Positions 37,801 through 47,500 of a DNA stretch of 64,000 nucleotides are shown piece by piece; positions within the stretch are counted from its first letter, which is position 1, and every line of letters begins with the position of its first letter. The stretch covers positions 19,156 through 83,155 of the forward strand of contig JAEDIL010000001.1 of assembly GCA_016292455.1 (NCBI GenBank). The letters run 5' to 3'. The notes under the pieces were generated by a model, which worked only from the letters and a program-made list of their open reading frames with translations, ran no database searches and had not been told where the DNA came from. This stretch comes from Clostridiaceae bacterium. GTDB taxonomy: Bacteria > Bacillota > Clostridia > Oscillospirales > Acutalibacteraceae. The position numbers and the translations under genes are program-made.

Positions 37801-38348
37801 ATACTGTGCTTATACATTTCAAGAATCATTTCGGAAAGGAAAGCATCGTCCCTGCCTTTGAAAAGCAGCTCAACAAGGTCGGTGAAGCTTTTTTCGTTTT
37901 TCAGATACTGCTCCTCCATCGTCAGCTCCATTGCCTTCTGAGAAAGGAGTGCAAGCTCTCCGTCATCGGCAATCTGATAATCCGGCGAAATATCAAGCTG
38001 TTCAAAATTGTCTCTGACCAGCGAACTGCAAAACGAGTCAATTGTGCATATCTTTGCCGAGGGCAAAAGCATTTTCTGCCTGACAAGGCGCTCGTCTGAG
38101 GGGTTCTTTTTGATTGCTTCTTCAAGGGCGGCAAGAATTCTTCCCCTCATTTCTGCGGCTGCCGCCTTGGTAAAGGTTACAATGAGAAGACGTTCTGCAC
38201 TGCCGGGGTTTTCCCCGTTTGTCAGACGTTCAATCACGCGTTCAACGAGAACGGCGGTTTTTCCCGAGCCTGCCGCAGCGCTGACAAGAATGCTTCCGTT
38301 CCTTGAATCAATTGCATTTTTCTGTTGTGGTGTCCAGCTCCTTGCCAC
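34806..38348 (-). CDS. addA: helicase-exonuclease AddAB subunit A
   Basis: 1180 aa with UvrD-type Walker A (AAAGSGKT), DEYQDTN, and a C-terminal RecB-family nuclease (GIADCVF...VVDYKTD). Confidence 0.9.
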   Translation of the reverse strand: MARSWTPQQKNAIDSRNGSILVSAAAGSGKTAVLVERVIERLTNGENPGSAERLLIVTFTKAAAAEMRGRILAALEEAIKKNPSDERLVRQKMLLPSAKICTIDSFCSSLVRDNFEQLDISPDYQIADDGELALLSQKAMELTMEEQYLKNEKSFTDLVELLFKGRDDAFLSEMILEMYKHSMSYPFPESWLDGICGEYEKASCAAESVFGKVIIDYAKSAAEYCKETAAAMKRTVCGCDSLEKAFLPAIESDEAQIRYVAECLAENDWDKTCRAIAAFEMKRRGNTPKEFADSSEIAFLCSSRERIKDIFKKTLPSLFCCSEREFEDDMRFFSPMVKSLCSAVKSYAFHFSQLKKEKQLADFSDVTHYALELLVRESADGFEITPLAEELKNSFDEILIDEYQDTNKAQDMIFEALGNNNLFRVGDVKQSIYRFRQAMPEIFIELKNALPVYEREKENYPAKIILKNNFRSRKSVTGAVNFVFSQLMSEKMGGVDYGEEEKLVFSADYGEKEDECCELHILETGNIDKTESDAKLVFQAEYVASIVEKLVRGGCTVRAENGGERPVQYKDICILMRAVGGKKGITYAEALRKRGIPCFTQLDAEFFTANEVRLLLNVLRVVDNPEQDIALLGIMMSVLFGFTPDECADLRINCRGKSIYSCLLAARERGEKKSIALLERIERWRRVGVCMSVGDFVRMIYDETGIDCIVRSVKGSGAKRENLMLLLDYADIYEKAGYSSFSGFIRFIDRLEKTSGDLPGAVGVSADADVVRIMTIHKSKGLEFPVCIVAGCSTQFNRSDEVKNAVISPLKGLGLVRRDEATMAQYPTVCHKAVAKALRDDTVSEEMRVLYVAMTRAGEKLILVAAEDDVEKKVQKCASLIDPASEQITPFACSLAASYTDWLLTAFLRHRDAKELRKNAGIGEEIVLESDFPFKVVITDGFEKADSGETTAAAPADGRLLSELEERFSWRYDYEELSFVVSKRAASEVDKNAVDREYFASSRPAFLSGGKLTGAQRGIATHSFMQFADYKNAACNLEDEIEAVFERGLLTEAQKNSINRKQVRAFFESDLAKRILSSSLVMREKKFTISVPISKVYPALSRFEDEKVMIQGIADCVFLEDGKLVVVDYKTDRLETEEEFCEKYSSQVRTYKEALALCTGLEVSRTLLYSFYLGKEIEVS

Positions 38349-38350
38349 GC

Positions 38351-41300
38351 TCAGCCCTCCTCTTCTTCAAGCTCCGAAAGGCACTCGCTGTGCGTTTTCG
38401 GCGCAATATATCTTTTTCTGCCGTTCTTTTCTCTCATGCAAACCGAAGCATAGGGACACCATTCGCAGGTTTTGTCGTGTCCCTTTCCGAAAACGGGCAG
38501 CGCCGGAATTTTTCCTTCATGGAGGCTGTTGCCCATTTCGCTCATGATTTTTTCAAGCTTTTTTTCAAGCGCTTCAAGCTGAGAGAGCGAAATGAATTTT
38601 CCGCTCATTGCCCCGGTTCTCTTGTTTATTTTTATCGGAATGAACTGCCCGCACAGGGCGTTGTCCATTCCTTTGATAACCTCGCCGTCATCAAGAATCA
38701 TGCCGTCCATTTTTCCGCCGGATAGCATCTTTTGGAAAACGGCTTTTTCATCTTCTCCGCGGTCGGCGGAAAAAGCTTCAAGCCTTGCCGGAAGATATAG
38801 CACGCCTGACGGAATCGTGTTTTCATATTTACCCTTGCCGTTTTTCCAGATTGAAGCAAGATACAGCAGCATCTGCATTCCCAGACCTGCAAAAACGTCG
38901 GCAAGAGAAAACTCTTTCAGTCCTGTTTTGTAATCAACCACTCTGATATAATTTCTGTCTCCGGTTTTCATCATATCAACGCGGTCAACCACGCCGAAAA
39001 GCTCAATATATCCGTTTTTCAGCGGTATTCTCATCGGCTCAACCTCTGTGCCCTCCTTAATCGGAAGTTCAAAATCAAACGGTTCAAAGTCGCTTCCTTC
39101 AAACTCGCAAAGCAGACGGTCCGTTATTGCGCAAAGGGTTTTGAAAAGGCGGTCATAAAGATAAATGAATCTTGAACTCTTGTTCTCAACGCCGCCCATA
39201 TAGGTATCCAGATATTCTTTGAGAAGCGTCTTTATCTCCTGCCGGGCCTGCCCGGAGGTAAGAGAATGTATTCTTTCGCCGCTGTGCTTTTTCAAAAGCT
39301 TTTCAAGAACGGTGTGGACAACAGTGCCCATGCTTGCCGGGTCAAGAGAAGCCGTTCTGCGCTCCTTTGCACCCATTCCGTACCGGCAGAAATATTTGAA
39401 AGGACATTCGCCGTAAACTTCAAGCTGCGAAGCCGAAAGACTCAGCCTTTTTCCGAAAAGCTTCTGCGCCTTTTCAGGATTTTCAAAGGAAAACACATTC
39501 TTTCCGTTTGCCCTTGAAAGAGCCCGGAGTCTTCCGGAATATTCCGGCTTGGAGGAAAAATACTCTTTGAGCGTTTTTTCAAGGACAGTATCCTCATGCC
39601 AGTTTTCCGCCGCAAATTCAAAGGCGGCGCTTTCGCTTTCGGGCAATATATCCCCGTCTAAAAATGGAAAAGCTTTTTCGCTTATTTTCGGGAAAAGCCG
39701 TCTGAGTCCCGTGACAATTTCCGAAGGCAAAATTTTCGCTCCGGATTTATCTGTCAGCGAATAGGAAACATAAAGTTTTTCTCTTGCACTGCAAAGGCTG
39801 TTATAAACCATGAAACGTTCTTCTGCGGAAAAATCGGCTGCGCTCTTTGAAAAAAGCGGAAGGCTTTCACGAAGCGTTTCGCTTTCGGAAAGCGAGAATA
39901 TGCCCTCGCTTGCGCCCGGAAGCGGGAAAACGCCCTCATTTGCGCCGACAACAAAAATCACTTTCGGCATGAGCGTCTGAATCCGTCCGGCGTCGCAGAT
40001 ATATACTTCGTCATATCCGCTCGGAAGCTTTCCGAGACTCAGACACGAAAGCGCGGCAGAAAACAGCTCGCAAAGCTTTTTCTGACTGACATCGGCATTA
40101 TTGAGTGCCGCGGCAAGGTCATCAAAAACGCCGACAATGCTGTCCCAGACCTGCTCTTGTTGAAGCGCAAGCTCAATTTCGCCCTGACTTTCAAGTTCAA
40201 GAGCGTAGTTTTTCAGGTTTTCGTCAATCTTTTCTTCAAGTATGAATTCAAAAACACCTTTCAGACAGTCAACCGCGCTTTTTCCTTTCAGCTTCTCACG
40301 CAAAGCAATCAGCGGCGCCACAAGTCTGTCCTTGGCGGCGTTGAGCGTGGTCAGGCGTTCCTGCCTTCGCTCGTTCATTTCGCTGCCGAAGCCGTCGGGA
40401 TTATCTTTCCATTCACCGCAAAGCGCCTTTGAATCGAGATTCCACATAAAGGCATAGTTTTCAATCTGAGCAATTTCGTCCCATGAAAGCGAGGTCAGTC
40501 CCGTTTTTGAATATGTCATAAGCCTTTCAAGGTCAATTCCGAAAGCAAGAATTTCAAAAACCGTTCTGACAAGAACCGAAAGCGGCTCATTTTTGATTTC
40601 GGCGCGTCTGTCCTCAAAAATCGGAACGCCGTATTTTTTAAGGCTGTACCGTATTTCTTTCTGATACGCGCTCTCGCTGCGGTAAACAACGGCAATATCC
40701 CGGCAGCGCAGCTTTTCCTCCCGGAGCAGACGGTGAATTTCGCAGGCAACAAAGCTGCACTCCTCGCGCACATCGGACGCATTGATTATCCGGATTGACG
40801 GCGAAGCGTCTTCAAACGGCTCTGCGCAAACGTCAAAAAAGTTCTTTTCAAGATACCTCAGTTCCGGTGAAGAATAAACCGAAAAGCCGTTTTCACCGTC
40901 GCGCAGCAATACGGTTTTTCCAATCCGGACTCCGTTCTTCTCAGCCGAGTTCACAAGCCGCTTTGCGGTCTGCGAAACGCAGCAGAACGGGCTGAGACTG
41001 CTTTTGACAAAAAGCTCGTCTGTGCATAGGGTCACCCAGACCTCCTTTGCGCGGCGCAGCATCAGCTCGATTATTTTCTGTTCCTGCCCCGAGAAGGTAC
41101 GGAAATCGTCAATCACAACAATTTTTCCGTCAAACAAATCGCTGTCAAGCAGAATTTCACAGACCGCCGAAAGCATATCCCGGTCATCAAAAAAGCTTTG
41201 GGCAACAAGTGCATTGTAGGTTTCATAAATCAGCGCAGTTTCAACCGTCTTTTTTTTCAAAAGACCTTCGGGCAATTTTTCCGCCGCTTCAAAAAGCTCT

Positions 41301-41731
41301 TCCGGTTCAATCGCTTCTTTTTTGAAAAGCGCAATCTGAGAAAGCATTTTTTGTGCAAAAGCAGTTGACGAACGATGCCTTGAAAAAAAGCTCAGCTTTT
41401 CTTCAAGCGCGTCCAGCGCAAGGCTCATCATAACTGTGGCAGCCGTATCTCTGAGCAGCGGCTTTGAAACACCGCGGCAGGTTTTGAAAACCGTGTCCGC
41501 AAGTCTTGTGAACGAAAGCACCTCAACCTCCGACGCAAGGCGCGGTCCGAGAGCGTCAAGAATACCCTTGTCGCTTTCAAAGGTGAACTGCTTCGGAACA
41601 ATGAGCATTGTTTTTTCGCCCTTTCCGACGAAAGAACCGAGAAGAGAACGGGCATAGCTCGTTTTGCCGACGCCCTCTCTGCCTATGATAAAATTGAGCA
41701 CCTTTTTGCCCTCCGTTGCTTTTTTTGACAT
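38351..41731 (-). CDS. addB: helicase-exonuclease AddAB subunit B
   Basis: Start at the ATG at 41731 (MSKKATEGKK...). Walker A GREGVGKT. C-terminal nuclease with Fe-S cysteines (YGECPFKYFC ... CEWCPYASVC). Confidence 0.9.
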   Translation of the reverse strand: MSKKATEGKKVLNFIIGREGVGKTSYARSLLGSFVGKGEKTMLIVPKQFTFESDKGILDALGPRLASEVEVLSFTRLADTVFKTCRGVSKPLLRDTAATVMMSLALDALEEKLSFFSRHRSSTAFAQKMLSQIALFKKEAIEPEELFEAAEKLPEGLLKKKTVETALIYETYNALVAQSFFDDRDMLSAVCEILLDSDLFDGKIVVIDDFRTFSGQEQKIIELMLRRAKEVWVTLCTDELFVKSSLSPFCCVSQTAKRLVNSAEKNGVRIGKTVLLRDGENGFSVYSSPELRYLEKNFFDVCAEPFEDASPSIRIINASDVREECSFVACEIHRLLREEKLRCRDIAVVYRSESAYQKEIRYSLKKYGVPIFEDRRAEIKNEPLSVLVRTVFEILAFGIDLERLMTYSKTGLTSLSWDEIAQIENYAFMWNLDSKALCGEWKDNPDGFGSEMNERRQERLTTLNAAKDRLVAPLIALREKLKGKSAVDCLKGVFEFILEEKIDENLKNYALELESQGEIELALQQEQVWDSIVGVFDDLAAALNNADVSQKKLCELFSAALSCLSLGKLPSGYDEVYICDAGRIQTLMPKVIFVVGANEGVFPLPGASEGIFSLSESETLRESLPLFSKSAADFSAEERFMVYNSLCSAREKLYVSYSLTDKSGAKILPSEIVTGLRRLFPKISEKAFPFLDGDILPESESAAFEFAAENWHEDTVLEKTLKEYFSSKPEYSGRLRALSRANGKNVFSFENPEKAQKLFGKRLSLSASQLEVYGECPFKYFCRYGMGAKERRTASLDPASMGTVVHTVLEKLLKKHSGERIHSLTSGQARQEIKTLLKEYLDTYMGGVENKSSRFIYLYDRLFKTLCAITDRLLCEFEGSDFEPFDFELPIKEGTEVEPMRIPLKNGYIELFGVVDRVDMMKTGDRNYIRVVDYKTGLKEFSLADVFAGLGMQMLLYLASIWKNGKGKYENTIPSGVLYLPARLEAFSADRGEDEKAVFQKMLSGGKMDGMILDDGEVIKGMDNALCGQFIPIKINKRTGAMSGKFISLSQLEALEKKLEKIMSEMGNSLHEGKIPALPVFGKGHDKTCEWCPYASVCMREKNGRKRYIAPKTHSECLSELEEEEG

Positions 41732-41892
41732 TATACCTTTTTCATTCCGATTTTTCAATGAGAATTGAATTTGTTGCAGCCTGAGTCCGTTTTTCGGGAG
41801 TGACGCGCAGAATGAACATTTATCCGGCGTATGTGCCCCGGATAAAAACAGAAACCCTTACCGGGGAATCCGCGCATTACGAAAAGCAACGC

Positions 41893-41959
41893 AAAAAAAG
41901 AAAGCTGCAATTCGCAAATTCAAAGAAAAAAATTCTTTACAAAGCAGATTGCAGCTTTC
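41893..41959 (-). terminator. terminator after cysK
   Basis: gaaagctgcaat (41900-41911) pairs with attgcagctttc (41948-41959). The A7 run at 41893-41899 gives a U-run on the minus strand. Confidence 0.65.
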
Positions 41960-42030
41960 ATAAAATGTGTCAGTTTTTGTATACGCGCTTTCAGCATCCC
42001 ATGCGGCAGAGCCGGCCCGGCAATAACCGT

Positions 42031-42966
42031 TTATTCTTCAAAAAGCGGCGTTGAAAGGTATCTGTCGCCTGTATCAGGAAGGAGTGCAACAATCGTTTTG
42101 CCCTTGTTCTCCGGTCTTTTTGCAAGCTCAACGGCTGCGGCAACTGCGGCGCCTGAGGATATTCCCACAAGAACGCCCTCCTCTTTTCCTACTCGCCTTG
42201 CAAAAGCATAGGCATCCTCGTTGCTGACTGCGATTATCTCGTCATACACCTTCGTGTTGAGCACCTTTGGAACAAAGCCTGCGCCGATTCCCTGAATTGC
42301 GTGTGCGCCCGCAACACCGGTTGAAAGCACCGCAGAACTCTCCGGCTCAACAGCAACAATTTTCACATCAGGCTTTTTTTCTTTGAGGTATTCGCCTATG
42401 CCGGTTATCGTTCCGCCCGTTCCGACACCGGCAACAAAAATATCAACGTTTCCGTCGGTGTCCTCCCAGATTTCGGGTGCAGTTGTCTTTTTGTGCGCCT
42501 GAGGATTCGCCGGGTTGACGAACTGACCGGGAATGAAGCTGTTCGGAATGGTTTTTGAAAGCTCGTTTGCCTTTTCAATTGCGCCCGCCATTCCCTTTGA
42601 GCCTTCGGTAAGCACCAGCTTTGCACCGAACGCCTTCATCAGCTTTCTGCGTTCAACCGACATTGTTTCGGGCATTACTATTATCGTCTCATAACCCATT
42701 GCGGCTGCAACACAAACAAGACCTATTCCGGTATTTCCGCTCGTGGGCTCGATGATGACGGAGCCTTTTTTCAAAAGACCTTTTGCCTGTGCGTCCTCAA
42801 TCATTTCCCTTGCAACTCTGTCTTTGACGGAGCCTGCCGGATTGAAGTATTCAAGCTTGGCAAGAATACGCGCTTCAAGCTTTTCGTTTTTCTCAAGGTG
42901 TGTCAATTCAAGCAGCGGCGTCCTGCCGATAAGCTCTGACACGGTTTTATATATTTTCTCTGGCAT
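42031..42966 (-). CDS. cysK: cysteine synthase A (O-acetylserine sulfhydrylase)
   Basis: NPAGSVKDRVA (PLP lysine), PTSGNTGIGL, GVGTGGTITG. RBS GGAGG. Confidence 0.9.
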   Translation of the reverse strand: MPEKIYKTVSELIGRTPLLELTHLEKNEKLEARILAKLEYFNPAGSVKDRVAREMIEDAQAKGLLKKGSVIIEPTSGNTGIGLVCVAAAMGYETIIVMPETMSVERRKLMKAFGAKLVLTEGSKGMAGAIEKANELSKTIPNSFIPGQFVNPANPQAHKKTTAPEIWEDTDGNVDIFVAGVGTGGTITGIGEYLKEKKPDVKIVAVEPESSAVLSTGVAGAHAIQGIGAGFVPKVLNTKVYDEIIAVSNEDAYAFARRVGKEEGVLVGISSGAAVAAAVELAKRPENKGKTIVALLPDTGDRYLSTPLFEE

Positions 42967-42989
42967 TGATATTACCTCCGGAACGACGG

Positions 42990-44273
42990 TTATTCTACTG
43001 CCTCAAAGCCGTGGCTGAGGTCTGCAATAATGTCATCAATGTGTTCTGTTCCGATTGAAAGGCGGATTGTTCCCGGCGTAATTCCGCAGGCAAGAAGTTC
43101 CTCCTGCGAAAGCTGGGAATGGGTTGTTGACGCCGGATGAATAACAAGGCTCTTGACGTCGGCAACGTTCGCAAGCAGCGAGAAAAGTTCAAGACTTTCG
43201 CTGAATTTTTTTGCTTTTTCAGCACCGCCTTTGATTTCAAAGGTAAAAATTGAACCGCCGCCGTTCGGGAAATACCCGTCGTAAAGCTCCTTTTCCCTGC
43301 CGCAGGCAAGCGACGGATGATTGACCTTTTCAACCATTGGGTGATTTTTCAGAAAGTCAACAACTTTCAGAGCATTTTCAACGTGGCGTTCAACGCGCAG
43401 CGAAAGCGTTTCAAGTCCCTGAAGCAAAAGAAAAGAGTTGAACGGAGAAATTGTTGCCCCCTGGTCTCTCATCAGCGTTGTGCGCAATTTGACAATATAT
43501 GCAGCTCTTCCGCAAACCTCGGAAAAAACAATTCCGTGATAGGACGGATTCGGTCGGCTGATTCCGGGGAACTTGTCGTTCTGTGTCCAGTCAAAGTTGC
43601 CGCTGTCAACAACAACGCCTCCCATAACCGTTCCGTGGCCGCCAATGAACTTTGTTGCCGAATGAACGACAATATCCGCGCCGTATTCGATGGGTCGCAG
43701 AAGAAACGGCGTTGCAAATGTATTGTCAACAATGAGCGGTATTCCGTGCCTGTGAGCAATGTCGGCAATTGCGCGAAGGTCAATGACGTCAGAGTTCGGG
43801 TTGCCGAGACTTTCGGCATAAAGCAGCTTTGTGTTCTCCCTGATTGCCTTTTCAAAGTTTTCAGGGTCAGACGGATCAACAAAGGTTACGTCGAGTCCCT
43901 GGTCTTTAAGAGTGTTGGCAAAAAGATTGTATGTTCCGCCGTAAAGGTTTGACGAGGAAACAATGTGGTCGCCGACAAGGGCGATGTTCTGAACGGCATA
44001 GGTAATTGCAGCGGAGCCGGAAGCGGTTGAAAGCGCGCCGATTCCGCCTTCAAGAGCCGCAATTCTCTCTTCAAAAACACTTGAAGTCGGGTTTGCAAGC
44101 CGGGTGTAGATATTCCCCTCTTCGGTCAGGTCAAAGCGTCCTGCCGCCTGAGCGGAGTTTTTGAAAACATAGGACGTTGTTGCGTAAATCGGCACAGCTC
44201 TTGCATCGGTGGCAGCGTCAGGCTGCTCCTGTCCCGCGTGAACCTGCAGCGTTTCAAACTTATAATTTTTCAT
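42990..44273 (-). CDS. metY: O-acetylhomoserine aminocarboxypropyltransferase/sulfhydrylase
   Basis: 427 aa from the Cys/Met-metabolism PLP family, with [11 protein letters not shown] (PLP lysine) and the N-terminus [10 protein letters not shown]. Confidence 0.85.
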   Translation of the reverse strand: MKNYKFETLQVHAGQEQPDAATDARAVPIYATTSYVFKNSAQAAGRFDLTEEGNIYTRLANPTSSVFEERIAALEGGIGALSTASGSAAITYAVQNIALVGDHIVSSSNLYGGTYNLFANTLKDQGLDVTFVDPSDPENFEKAIRENTKLLYAESLGNPNSDVIDLRAIADIAHRHGIPLIVDNTFATPFLLRPIEYGADIVVHSATKFIGGHGTVMGGVVVDSGNFDWTQNDKFPGISRPNPSYHGIVFSEVCGRAAYIVKLRTTLMRDQGATISPFNSFLLLQGLETLSLRVERHVENALKVVDFLKNHPMVEKVNHPSLACGREKELYDGYFPNGGGSIFTFEIKGGAEKAKKFSESLELFSLLANVADVKSLVIHPASTTHSQLSQEELLACGITPGTIRLSIGTEHIDDIIADLSHGFEAVE

Positions 44274-44294
44274 TCCGGTCTTCCTTTCGGCTCA

Positions 44295-44323
44295 TGATAG
44301 CATAATTTTAAACCGAGCGGGCT
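44295..44323 (-). promoter_or_regulatory. metY-cysK promoter (short leader, no riboswitch)
   Basis: On the minus strand: TTGACT (44323-44318), 17 nt, then TAAAAT (44300-44295). Only about 20 nt separate the -10 from the ATG. Confidence 0.65.
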
Positions 44324-44350
44324 TAAAAGTCAACACCGGGCGGCAACAAG

Positions 44351-44390
44351 AATAAATAAGAAGCCGCCGCATTCAGAAGAAAGCGGCAGC
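44351..44390 (-). terminator. terminator after the EEP-family gene
   Basis: On the minus strand gctgccgc pairs with gcggcggc (one mismatch), followed by ttcttattt. Confidence 0.5.
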
Positions 44391-44408
44391 TTAGTAATAT
44401 TCAGTTGA

Positions 44409-45467
44409 TCAGATTTCGCCTTTGAGCTCGTCAATGTGAACGAGCGCTTTGAAGAAATCGGTGAGAATTACGAAAATTTTCTGTATGAAATCATTGAAAG
44501 AATCTCTCTTTGTAACGGAAAGCTTAATGTCGCTCTGCTTGAACGATTCAGTCTTTTCAAAGCTGAAAACAGCCGCCGCCAGAGCGTGGTCGGAAAGATT
44601 TGCTTCGCTGTCGTTTTTCAGGTATTCATAAACAAAGGATTCCGCAGTAACCTTTACTCCGCCGCCGTCACGGTAGAAGAACTTTTCAGCTGAATCCCAA
44701 TTTCCCCACGCGGGAACTCCGGTTGCAAAGTATGAGGAGAAGTCCTTGTAATCACCGCCGTTATGAAGCTCAACCCAAGCCTCCTTCATGCCGCAGCTAT
44801 CGAGGAAATACTCGCTCAGACCGTCATCGTTTTTGCCCATGTTGAAATAAGCATTGAAGTCGCCGGTGACGATAACCGGTCTGTCTGTGCCTTTTGAATT
44901 GATAAGCTCGCTGACCTGTCTGTAATTGTCACGTCTTGCCTCTTTTGAACCCTGGTCGCCGTAAGCGTCAACGTGAACATCATAAAAATCAACAAGAACT
45001 CCGTCTCCGAGGTCAAGCACGCAATAAAGAATTCCCTTCGGGGTCATTTCGTCGGCGCCGTTGGCAATAACGCCATAAGCCTTTTCCCAGGTCGTGCGCG
45101 TTTCGTTGTATACCGGATAGCGGGAATAAACATTCATGCCGTCGCCGCCGGGAATACCGCCGGTGTGCTGTGTTTCATAATCAAAGCCTTTCAGTGTGCT
45201 TTTAAGATCATTGTGATAGCCGAAGTCCTCCTGAACGGCAATGACATCATAGCCCTTTGAAGTAAGGATTCTTCCGTTATCAAGCTGATTCTGCCTGACG
45301 TTTTTTTCACCCTTGCCGACGAAAGCCTTGAAGTCCGGGAGTCCCGCAACGTTATAGTTGCAAAATGAGACAGTCTTTGCGTCAGCAGCAAGCGACACGG
45401 CAGGAAGTGCGCCAAGCAGAAGCAAACAGGCAAGAACAATGCTGAAAAATCTGTTCGTTTTTTTCAT
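44409..45467 (-). CDS. secreted endonuclease/exonuclease/phosphatase (EEP) family protein, sphingomyelinase-like, with an amphipathic C-terminal tail
   Basis: Signal peptide FSIVLACLLLLGALPAVSLA. EEP motifs NYNVAG, DVIAVQEDF, VIVTGDFN, LSDHA. The C-terminal 30 aa read SFNDFIQKIFVILTDFFKALVHIDELKGEI. Confidence 0.75.
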   Translation of the reverse strand: MKKTNRFFSIVLACLLLLGALPAVSLAADAKTVSFCNYNVAGLPDFKAFVGKGEKNVRQNQLDNGRILTSKGYDVIAVQEDFGYHNDLKSTLKGFDYETQHTGGIPGGDGMNVYSRYPVYNETRTTWEKAYGVIANGADEMTPKGILYCVLDLGDGVLVDFYDVHVDAYGDQGSKEARRDNYRQVSELINSKGTDRPVIVTGDFNAYFNMGKNDDGLSEYFLDSCGMKEAWVELHNGGDYKDFSSYFATGVPAWGNWDSAEKFFYRDGGGVKVTAESFVYEYLKNDSEANLSDHALAAAVFSFEKTESFKQSDIKLSVTKRDSFNDFIQKIFVILTDFFKALVHIDELKGEI

Positions 45468-45817
45468 AAAAAATCACCCTTTCTTTCAATAACTGACGGC
45501 AGCTTGGAACACCCGTCAGCCCTTTGTGCCGAAGCGGAATTCTCGTGAAGCAAGGCGGTATAATAAAGGAAAACGAGACAGGCTTTTAAAAAGTCTGTCT
45601 CTTTCGTATTTCTCTTTTTAAAAGCATTTCTCCAAGCTGATACGCGTCTGCGTCGATCGCCTTTTAAATCACGGATATATTTTACGCCGCCGAAAATCAA
45701 AAATCAATATACTGATTCAACAACAAAAAAAGCCAAAATTTGGGCAGTTTGAGGATTGTTTTTTCCGATATTGCCTGATCACTTTTTTTACTTTGCAAAA
45801 AAGAATTAAAAAATATA

Positions 45818-45846
45818 TGGAAAAAACAAGAATGGTGTGGTATAAT
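45818..45846 (+). promoter_or_regulatory. ackA promoter
   Basis: TGGAAA (45818-45823), 17 nt, then TGgTATAAT (extended -10, with TATAAT at 45841-45846). Confidence 0.6.
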
Positions 45847-45919
45847 GTTCGGTGCAAAAATCATCATGACGGGCGCCACCGTCCGTTCAATGATACATAA
45901 TGTTAAAGGAGACTATCAA

Positions 45920-47182
45920 ATGAGTGTAAAAGAACTTATCGTCAACGCCGGCAGCTCCTCGTTGAAGTACACTGTCTTTCTCATGCCGGAGGAAAAGGTG
46001 CTTGCAAACGGAATTTTTGAGCAGCTCACAACTCCCCTGCCCACCTTTACCCACAAGCTTCCTGATGAAAACGGAAAGGCTGTCAAGGTCATTGATAAAA
46101 TGCCCCTTGCTCCCAACGCAAGCCACGCCGACGCAATCAACACCCTTATTGAAACTCTCACCGGAAAAGAATTCGGTGTTCTTTCCTCAATGGACGAAAT
46201 TGCAGCCGTCGGTCACAGAGTTCTCCACGGAGGAGAAAAATTCAGCGGCTCCGTTCTGGTAACCGAAAGCGTCAAGGACGCAATCCGTGAATGTATTCCT
46301 CTCGGTCCGCTCCACAACCCTGCCAACCTCATGGGTATTGAGGTCTGCGAAAAAATCATGAAAGGCATTCCTCAGGTTGCTGTTTTTGACACTGCTTTTC
46401 ACCAGACCATTCCGGAAGAAGCATATATGTACGCTCTTCCTTACAAATATTACAAGGAATACGGAATCCGCCGCTACGGCTTCCACGGCACCAGCCACAG
46501 ATATATTGCTCTGAGAACAGCCGACTTCCTTTCAAAGAAGTACCCCGGAAAATATGACACGGCAAAGCTCAGAATCGTCACCTGCCACCTCGGCAACGGC
46601 TCCTCCCTTTCGGCAATCGTCGGCGGAAAGTGCTTCGACACAACGATGGGTCTGACTCCTCTCGAAGGAATCATGATGGGTACCCGCTCCGGCTCAATTG
46701 ACCCGGCAATCATTCCGTTTATCATGGAAAAAGAGGGACTCTCCGCCAAGGAAATTGACACCCTCCTCAACAAGAAATCAGGAATGCTCGGTTTGACCGC
46801 TGACGACGAAAACAACGAAGCCACCAGCGACAACCGCACAATTGAAAACAGAGCCAAAAACGGCGACAAGCGCGCAATGCTTGTTGAATCAATGTTCTGC
46901 CACCAGCTGACGAAGCTCATCGGCGGTCTTGCCGCTGCCATGGGCGGAGTTGACGCAGTTGTTTTCACCGGCGGAATCGGCGAAAACAACCCCCAGTACC
47001 GCACGAGAGTTGCTGAAAAGCTCGCCTTCCTCGGAACAGAAATTGACGAAGAAGCGAACCACGTCAGAGGTAAGGAAATTGAGATTTCCACAGAGGACAG
47101 CCGTCTCAAACTGCTTGTTCTTCCCACTGACGAAGAGCTCATGATTGCAAAGGATACATACGACATTGCTGTTGCAAAATAA
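45920..47182 (+). CDS. ackA: acetate kinase
   Basis: Start at the ATG at 45920 (AAAGGAG upstream). Contains LIVNAGSSSLKY, GHRVLHGG and GFHGTSH. Confidence 0.92.
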   Translation: MSVKELIVNAGSSSLKYTVFLMPEEKVLANGIFEQLTTPLPTFTHKLPDENGKAVKVIDKMPLAPNASHADAINTLIETLTGKEFGVLSSMDEIAAVGHRVLHGGEKFSGSVLVTESVKDAIRECIPLGPLHNPANLMGIEVCEKIMKGIPQVAVFDTAFHQTIPEEAYMYALPYKYYKEYGIRRYGFHGTSHRYIALRTADFLSKKYPGKYDTAKLRIVTCHLGNGSSLSAIVGGKCFDTTMGLTPLEGIMMGTRSGSIDPAIIPFIMEKEGLSAKEIDTLLNKKSGMLGLTADDENNEATSDNRTIENRAKNGDKRAMLVESMFCHQLTKLIGGLAAAMGGVDAVVFTGGIGENNPQYRTRVAEKLAFLGTEIDEEANHVRGKEIEISTEDSRLKLLVLPTDEELMIAKDTYDIAVAK

Positions 47183-47246
47183 AAATTTCCCCTGAAAAAG
47201 TCTGAGTCCGGCTTGTTCGGCGCAGACCAAAGAGCAAAAACGGAAT

Positions 47247-47314
47247 ACAAAAGACTATATTTCGCATTAAGCAACAAGTTGAAGCTTTATGTGAAGTATA
47301 GTCTTTGTTTTTTC
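47247..47314 (+). terminator. probable ackA terminator
   Basis: acaaaagactata (47247-47259) pairs with tatagtctttgt (47297-47308), followed by tttttt. The loop is long. Confidence 0.45.
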
Positions 47315-47439
47315 GTCTTAATGTGCCGACAGCTATTTGTTCTGTATTGCGAAAAAGCCGGAACTCCGGTCAGGCGGAAACACCTGAAATTCTGCACACA
47401 AAATTCTTGTTAATTAACCGTGAATTATGAGGTCTGCCT

Positions 47440-47468
47440 ATTGATTGTTATCCCAACGTAATGTAAAA
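47440..47468 (+). promoter_or_regulatory. promoter of the SGNH-DUF4358-MBOAT-DHHW cluster
   Basis: TTGATT (47440-47445), 17 nt, then TAAAAT (47463-47468). Confidence 0.6.
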
Positions 47469-47500
47469 TGATAGTCTACTATTGAAAAGAAAGAAGAATT

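Noticed and set aside
44274-44408. A possible S-box or T-box leader in front of metY.
   Set aside because: The intergenic region holds only the upstream gene's terminator and a promoter whose -10 is about 20 nt from the ATG. I found no aptamer-like conserved boxes.
45540-45620. An orphan hairpin (gagacaggc...gtctgtctc plus a T-rich tail) preceded by a TATAAT, which could be a tiny sRNA between the EEP gene and ackA.
   Set aside because: There is no acceptable -35 or extended -10. The predicted transcript would be under 60 nt, and the stem has a mismatch. There is not enough support.
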